Assembly (NCBI GenBank): GCA_009692925.1 | Contig: SHYG01000001.1 | Coordinates: 8,684-72,683 of the forward strand | Direction of reading: 5' to 3' | Origin: Dehalococcoidia bacterium | GTDB taxonomy: Bacteria > Chloroflexota > Dehalococcoidia > Lucifugimonadales > UBA3495 | Length of the DNA: 64,000 nucleotides | In this document: piece by piece, positions 53,883-64,000 of the stretch | How positions within the stretch are numbered: the first letter of the stretch is position 1 | Layout of the letters: each line of letters begins with the position of its first letter | Notes under the pieces: generated by a model | Database searches by the model: none | The model's input: the letters and a program-made list of their open reading frames with translations, nothing else | Told to the model about the DNA's origin: nothing | Translations under genes and position numbers: made by a program

Positions 53883-53907
53883 AACCCCTACCCAGGGGGT
53901 GTGGGTT
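53883..53907 (+). promoter_or_regulatory. Candidate CsoR operator (C-tract/G-tract pseudo-palindrome)
   Basis: AACCCCTACCC-AG-GGGGTGTGGGTT lies immediately downstream of the -10. It resembles the TACCC..GGGGTA-type operators described for CsoR regulators. Confidence 0.45.
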
Positions 53908-53927
53908 AGCGCTGTGGAGGACGGGCC

Positions 53928-54194
53928 ATGCTGCCTGACGTTAAAGCCGCGTCGCTGAAGCGGCTGAGTTATATCGAGGGACATCTCTCCGGCGTGCGCA
54001 AGATGCTGGAGTCGGACCAGTACTGCGTGGACATCCTGAAGCAGACCTACGCCGTGCGGCGGGCCATCGAGAAGCTGGAGGGCCTGCTGCTGGAGGGCCA
54101 CCTGCACACCTGCGTGGTGGAGGGCATCAAGGGCGGCCGCGAGGATGCGGTGGTGGCAGAGCTGAAGGACCTGTACGTGCTGGCTAACAAGTGA
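53928..54194 (+). CDS. csoR: CsoR-family copper-sensing transcriptional repressor
   Basis: 88 aa with RLSYIEGHLSGVRKM, DQYCVDILKQ and HLHTCV (C-H-C ligand pattern). Confidence 0.9.
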   Translation: MLPDVKAASLKRLSYIEGHLSGVRKMLESDQYCVDILKQTYAVRRAIEKLEGLLLEGHLHTCVVEGIKGGREDAVVAELKDLYVLANK

Positions 54195-54221
54195 GGGGTC
54201 AAAACCTAGGGAGTCCTGTCC

Positions 54222-56768
<2,547 letters not shown>

Positions 56769-56771
56769 TGC

Positions 56772-56836
56772 ACCGCAGAGGCGCAGAGAACGCTGAGAAA
56801 AGGTTCTAATTCCTGCGTACTCTGAGTCTCTGCGGT
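56772..56836. repeat. Long-range hairpin/repeat between copA and the YHS gene
   Basis: ACCGCAGAG (56772-56780) pairs with CTCTGCGGT (56828-36). The interior carries GCGCAGAGAACGCTGAG-type sequence typical of interspersed repeats. Single copy in this window. Confidence 0.35.
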
Positions 56837-56866
56837 AAAATAACGTAAACAGTGGAGGGAAAGACA

Positions 56867-57082
56867 ATGGCAAAGGCGATTGACCCGATCTGCAAGATGG
56901 AAGTGGACACCGCTAACCCGCCCGGCGGCAATAGCGAGCACCAGGGCACCAGCTACTACTTCTGCGCGCCGGGCTGCAAGCGCAGCTTTGACCAGGACCC
57001 GCAGAAGTATCTCACCCAGCAAGGGCAGGCGGCGCCGGTGAAGGTGTCCTTCTTCTCCAAGATCCTGGGCAAGAAGGGGTAG
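56867..57082 (+). CDS. YHS-domain metal-binding protein
   Basis: MAKAIDPICKMEVD....YYFCAPGCKRSFDQDPQKY. GGAGGG SD before ATG 56867. Confidence 0.8.
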   Translation: MAKAIDPICKMEVDTANPPGGNSEHQGTSYYFCAPGCKRSFDQDPQKYLTQQGQAAPVKVSFFSKILGKKG

Positions 57083-57171
57083 GGGTGCCTTACCTTTGCC
57101 GGGAGGGAGAACTCCTCAGAATCGTCCATGCCCAGACCTGTTGTGGCACTGCCAACGCTGAACAACCGTTT

Positions 57172-57204
57172 CCTCTCCCATCGAGGGAGAGGGGGCCATT
57201 TTTT
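57172..57204 (+). terminator. Rho-independent terminator of csoR-copA-YHS
   Basis: CCTCTCCC-ATCGA-GGGAGAGG stem-loop, followed by GGGCCA and TTTTTT (57199-57204). Confidence 0.5.
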
Positions 57205-57220
57205 GTAGCAATGACATTAT

Positions 57221-57409
57221 TCAACTCTGGGTGATTTTACCGGCTCGGTAATCAGCGTACCGTTTCTCGGCCTCCTGAAGCCACAGTCCCTCCACGTCGC
57301 CGTCGTCACCATCCTCCAGGGTGGCAAGCAGGCGTTCCGCCAGCACCGCTCTCTCCCGAGGAGGTAGCTCCATCGCATCGCGTTCCACGTCACTTAGCTT
57401 TCTTGCCAT
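57221..57409 (-). CDS. Addiction-module antitoxin component (TIGR02574-like), no adjacent toxin
   Basis: MARKLSDVERDAMELPPRERAVLAERLLATLE...EAEKRYADYRAGK. ATG at 57409. Confidence 0.65.
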   Translation of the reverse strand: MARKLSDVERDAMELPPRERAVLAERLLATLEDGDDGDVEGLWLQEAEKRYADYRAGKITQS

Positions 57410-57460
57410 TCTAACCAACCCCCTCAGAGTTCGGGTGCTGTGGAGCGATTATCCCCTGCG

Positions 57461-57850
57461 CTACCTGTAGACTAGATAGGTGGCTTGGCCCCCGAAAACC
57501 CTCTGGGAACTGGCATCGGCAGTGAGGATAGTTTCTCCCGATTCGATGGCAGTAGCGGCGATAAGAGCGTCCCCAAAGTGGGACCGTATCTGCGCCATGC
57601 TTTTGCCACACAACAGATCGCCAGCGCGCCTGGCAACGCTGCTGGTGATGGGGACACTTTCAAACTTGGCGATTAGGGAGACCGCTGCCAACAGCTCTCC
57701 TCGGTTCCGGATACCAGCCCAGAGTTCGGTCTCAGTTATCACGGAACACGATCCCACCTGTGATCCATCAATCACTGTCTCGACATGAGAGACTGCTATA
57801 GGGTCATTTCTTCTGAGATAGTCTATGAGAACGGAGGTATAAAAGAGCAA
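57461..57850 (-). CDS. PIN-domain toxin (VapC-like)
   Basis: 129 aa with ..TSVLIDYLR.., ITETELWAG and DALIAATAIESGETILTAD. Confidence 0.85.
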   Translation of the reverse strand: MLFYTSVLIDYLRRNDPIAVSHVETVIDGSQVGSCSVITETELWAGIRNRGELLAAVSLIAKFESVPITSSVARRAGDLLCGKSMAQIRSHFGDALIAATAIESGETILTADASSQRVFGGQATYLVYR

Positions 57851-57852
57851 CT

Positions 57853-58338
57853 CTACTCCTTAGGAATGCCTCGGTAAAGCCCCCGGCGAATCTGCCTTAC
57901 CCACTTCACCGAATCTTTAACAAAAGGATGGTCCTCCCACATACCCCTTGCCTCTCTGGCCAACGCGTCTATTTCTCCCGGTGTTAATTCAGAGATGTCC
58001 ATCGGCGCCCCCTCAGGATGTGCCAATATGGCCTTTACACGGGGTGAATCCCAAACTGCGGAAGACTCCTTAAACGCCTCATTCTCTTTCTTAGTTAATC
58101 CCTTAGCAATGTTGGAGATGATCTCAGCCAAGAACTGGTATAGCGCTTTCTTAGCGGCTTGCTCCCACTGAACCCATTCCTTCTTGTCCATTTGCTGGAC
58201 GTCCGGAATGCGGTCCGCTAGAGTATTTATTAACTTGACCACCTCCGGGTCTCCCCCGGAGTATGCTGTCCGCAGTAGATCCATCGTTCGCTCAAGATTA
58301 TCCACTGATTCTGTTTGCGGCCCATCGCCGGTATCCAT
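57853..58338 (-). CDS. Putative cognate antitoxin, atypically long (161 aa)
   Basis: Ends 2 nt before the PIN start. GGGAGGG SD. The C-terminal ARGMWEDHPFVKDSVKWVRQIRRG resembles the short W-x-D..S..WVR..R tail of some VapB-type antitoxins. The N-terminal 110 or so aa are unrecognised. Confidence 0.5.
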   Translation of the reverse strand: MDTGDGPQTESVDNLERTMDLLRTAYSGGDPEVVKLINTLADRIPDVQQMDKKEWVQWEQAAKKALYQFLAEIISNIAKGLTKKENEAFKESSAVWDSPRVKAILAHPEGAPMDISELTPGEIDALAREARGMWEDHPFVKDSVKWVRQIRRGLYRGIPKE

Positions 58339-58366
58339 GCCTACCCTCCCTTAGCCCTAAGTGCCC

Positions 58367-61108
<2,742 letters not shown>

Positions 61109-61285
61109 GAGTCCACCACCTTATCCTGAGGAAAATCTCCGGCAGAAATATAACAAAATAAGGGGCTGGCATAGACAGCCACCCTTGCATTGTAACCAAT
61201 GGCGCGCCCTGTTGCATTCCCCGTGGATTAAGAATGGTATGCTTTGCCCTGATTCCAGACACTAACGCAGCCAGAGAGGACAGCT

Positions 61286-62140
61286 ATGCCCATCCAGCAC
61301 CACACGGCCAAGGTCAACGACATCCGCCTGCACTACGTTACCTCCGGCGACGGCCCGCCCCTGTTCCTGCTCCACGGATTCCCCCAGTCGTGGTATATGT
61401 GGCGCAAGGTGATTCCCGCCCTGGCGGAGCGGTTCACCGTGGTGGCCCCTGATCTGCGGGGATACGGCGATTCCGACAAGCCTGCCGGCGGCTTTGATAA
61501 GCGCACCATGGCCCAGGACATCATTGCTCTGGCCCGCAGCCTGGGCTACGAACAGTTCAGCCTGGCGGGCCACGACCGCGGCGGCCGGGTGGCCTACCGC
61601 TGCGCCCTGGACCACCCTCAGGCCATCTCCCGACTGGCGCTGCTGGACATTGTGCCCACGGGGGTGGTCTTCGACAACACCAATGCCCAGCTGGCCCGCA
61701 GCCAGTGGCACTGGTTCTTCTTCCAGCTTGCCGACCTGCCAGAGCTGCTGCTGGGAAGCAACATTTCAGGCTATCTAGACTGGACGTTCCGTAACGGCAG
61801 CTTCCAGCGCCACGCCTTTGACGCCCCCGCAGTGGCGGAGTACGTGCGGATATTCTCCCTGCCGGGGTCGATCCGCTGCGCGCTGGAGGACTACCGGGCC
61901 GGCGGCGCGGCGGACTGGCAGAACGACCGGGCCGACGCCGCGGCAGGCCGCCAGATGCGATCACCCACCCTGGTGCTGTGGGGCGCCGAGGCAGGACTAG
62001 GCCGGGCCTGGCCGGTGCTGGACGTGTGGCGCGAGTGGGCGACCGACGTGCGCGGCGAGGCCATCCCGGAGTGCGGCCACTACCTGCCGGAGGAACAGCC
62101 CGAGCTGGTGGCGCAGAAGCTGCTGGAGTTCTTCAGGTAG
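61286..62140 (+). CDS. Alpha/beta hydrolase of the haloacetate dehalogenase/epoxide hydrolase type
   Basis: 284 aa with LLHGFPQSWYMW, an Asp-nucleophile elbow GHDRGG, and a C-terminal CGHYLPEE. Confidence 0.85.
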   Translation: MPIQHHTAKVNDIRLHYVTSGDGPPLFLLHGFPQSWYMWRKVIPALAERFTVVAPDLRGYGDSDKPAGGFDKRTMAQDIIALARSLGYEQFSLAGHDRGGRVAYRCALDHPQAISRLALLDIVPTGVVFDNTNAQLARSQWHWFFFQLADLPELLLGSNISGYLDWTFRNGSFQRHAFDAPAVAEYVRIFSLPGSIRCALEDYRAGGAADWQNDRADAAAGRQMRSPTLVLWGAEAGLGRAWPVLDVWREWATDVRGEAIPECGHYLPEEQPELVAQKLLEFFR

Positions 62141-62178
62141 GCTCGCATAATTATCTAATGCGGTGATGAAGCACCTGG

Positions 62179-62272
62179 GACGGAAATCCCCCCTTGCCCC
62201 CTTTAAAAATGGGGGCAAGGGGGGATTTCGTCAGCTTCGGGTAAGAGATTCATGCAAAGGTCTTCAGGCAGG
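62179..62272. repeat. Second copy of the hairpin-plus-tail element; bidirectional terminator between convergent genes
   Basis: GAAATCCCCCCTTGCCCCC-TTTAAAAAT-GGGGGCAAGGGGGGATTTC gives a perfect 19-bp stem (62183-62229). The tail GTCAGCTTCGGGTAAGAGATTCATGCAAAGGT matches 26 of 33 positions of the tail at 41542. Confidence 0.7.
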
Positions 62273-62300
62273 GGCAGACCTGGCGCTACCCAGGGCCTGC

Positions 62301-64000
62301 TTATTGCCCTAACCCCGTGTCCACGGGCACCAGATAAACCCCCAGCGCCCGGGGCAGCAGGGAGCTTTCGTAGTTGAAGTAGGTCTCCACCGCCACCAGG
62401 AACTGGTGCTCCCCGGTCTTCTGCCAGCCGAAGGGAACCGGGTTCCAGCCTACCATGCGCAGCAGCCGCTCGCGGTACTCCACCTTGGACTCTAACCCGG
62501 CGCTGCGAAGGCGCATCAGGTTGGCGGTCATGGCAAAGTCGTCGGCCACCTCCTTGCCGGTGAGGAACACCCCCAGCCTGACACCAGCACCCTGGCCTTG
62601 GCGCTCCAGCACGGTCCAGCTCAGGGCGTGGTCCCACTCCACGATGCGGGCGTAGGCCGCGGGGTCGGCGGCAAAGTTGTCCCGGCTCAGGTCCACCACC
62701 CAGATGCCTCCACCCTCGTCCTTGAAGCCGTACAGGGTGTTAAACAGGTAGCGGCCGTCGGCGCTGAGGGAGGCGGAGGCTCCGTACAGGCCTTCCGCCG
62801 GGGCCTTGGGGAACGCCCCCAGGGGATACTGGACCTCCGTGTACTCCTCCGGGTTCCCTATGTTGACCAGATACACCGACTGCCACCTGGGGTCGGCAGG
62901 CACGCCATCCGCAGGGCCGGGCCACCCTTCCGAGCTGATGAGCCAGCGGCTGTGGTCGCTGGGCAAGGGCAAGGCCATGAGCATTACTCCGGGCGCGGTG
63001 TACATCTCTTGGGCCGAACCGTCATTGTCCAGCTTCATGATCTTGTAGCGCTGCTTCTTGTCCGGCTCCAGGGAGCGCCGCACCGTTATGTAAAAGTCAT
63101 CCTGGTCTTTGCCTGGGGCGCGGTACCTGCGGACTCCTCCGGCAATGTCGCACTCCCCAATCCAAGGCAGACGACGCTCCAGCAGCCCGTCGGTCACCCA
63201 CTCGCCCTCAAAGCCGAAGTACTCCACGCCGGCGCCGGCGCCGCGCCGCAAAATGCGGATCAGCTCTTCCCCCAAGGGCAGCGGGCCGCCAGGGCTGGCT
63301 TGCACCACCTGCTCCGGAGTGAAGTGATACCCAACCTCCGCCAGCAGATTCAGATATGTCTCATGTTGCAGGCTCTCCCGGTACACCTGGCAGTCCTTGC
63401 GGGCTAAAGCAGGTAGCGGGTAGCGCTGCTCGTCAAAGGGCAGCGCCAGGATTTCCGCCTCAAACTCCTTGGCCGTGGCGGAGGTGTTGGCAATGAGGGC
63501 TCGGGCGTTGACGTGCAGGTGGCTGGGCACCGCCAGGCCGGGCTGCCCCGGCGGGTCGCCAAGCCACTCCTCGGGCAGGCCGAAGGGGATGACCAGGAAG
63601 GTGCCGTCGGGGAAAACCTCCGCGATGACCCCCGCGGTCTCGTTGCCCGGCAAATACTCGAACTGGATGGTCTGGAACAGATCCTGGGGAAGAGGGTTCT
63701 CACCCAAGCGGCGCGCCAGAGACCGCTCCACCGGCACTCCCATCGCCTGCAGCCGGAAGATCTTATGCGCCGGGTGTTCTCCCAGTACTTCCGACTCCAG
63801 GGCTAGCAGGTCCAGGTAATACTGCTCACCTGACGCTGTCAGCCGCACCTTGACCTTGCCTTCCCGCTCCACGATCAAGTCGGGGCGCACACCGGGCAGT
63901 GATGCTGGAGGAGACGTCACACGCCAATCTCTGGTTGGCTTGACGGCGGAGAAGTGAGGCTTAACCATCTCCGGGAAGGGGCGCGAGGCGTCGTACACTG
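62301..64000 (-). CDS. Large hypothetical protein (5' end probably beyond the window)
   Basis: Track ORF 62301..63998 (565 aa) is open to within 2 nt of the window edge. Coding-like composition, no motif I recognise. Confidence 0.6.
   Translation of the reverse strand, partial: VYDASRPFPEMVKPHFSAVKPTRDWRVTSPPASLPGVRPDLIVEREGKVKVRLTASGEQYYLDLLALESEVLGEHPAHKIFRLQAMGVPVERSLARRLGENPLPQDLFQTIQFEYLPGNETAGVIAEVFPDGTFLVIPFGLPEEWLGDPPGQPGLAVPSHLHVNARALIANTSATAKEFEAEILALPFDEQRYPLPALARKDCQVYRESLQHETYLNLLAEVGYHFTPEQVVQASPGGPLPLGEELIRILRRGAGAGVEYFGFEGEWVTDGLLERRLPWIGECDIAGGVRRYRAPGKDQDDFYITVRRSLEPDKKQRYKIMKLDNDGSAQEMYTAPGVMLMALPLPSDHSRWLISSEGWPGPADGVPADPRWQSVYLVNIGNPEEYTEVQYPLGAFPKAPAEGLYGASASLSADGRYLFNTLYGFKDEGGGIWVVDLSRDNFAADPAAYARIVEWDHALSWTVLERQGQGAGVRLGVFLTGKEVADDFAMTANLMRLRSAGLESKVEYRERLLRMVGWNPVPFGWQKTGEHQFLVAVETYFNYESSLLPRALGVYLVPVDTGLGQ

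Overview
This is a GC-rich bacterial chromosomal segment. Gene content and repeat style resemble Chloroflexota-type genomes, but that is inference only. All product calls come from motif recognition without any database search. I can support about 55 protein genes and one tRNA-Gly(UCC). Housekeeping genes are rpsL-rpsG, thrB-lysC, yvcK(glmR)-glmS, nadE, ridA, secA and a moeA fusion. There is a csoR-copA-YHS copper locus and a three-gene two-component cluster. Toxin-antitoxin (TA) modules include vapBC, a PIN gene with an unusual partner, two lone addiction-module antitoxins and a HicB-like stub. The rest is mostly hydrolase, oxidoreductase and MFS accessory genes. Main observations follow. (1) An in-frame TGA at 29362-29364 joins two track ORFs into a 189-codon protein with the U-G-S-C selenocysteine signature. 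A SECIS-like hairpin starts 12 nt downstream, and the gene ends an operon with two uncharacterised proteins. (2) Two neighbouring sensor kinases each carry an in-frame TAG at a position where Gln (CAG) is expected, yet TAG clearly terminates other genes here. (3) At least six ORF disruptions are each repaired by +/-1 nt, where localisable in a short homopolymer run. They affect the moeA fusion, a kinase, a lipoprotein metallopeptidase (two sites), a membrane-anchored secreted protein and a Uma2 nuclease. This looks more like assembly indels than six real pseudogenes, but phase variation or decay cannot be excluded. (4) Three genes have conserved N-termini lying upstream of any ATG/GTG/TTG. (5) Intergenic DNA holds at least six families of palindromic or heptad-array repeats, including perfect 76-nt and 50-nt palindromes. 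Some of these supply gene 3' ends or look like bidirectional terminators. I saw no CRISPR array, rRNA, transposase or integrase.
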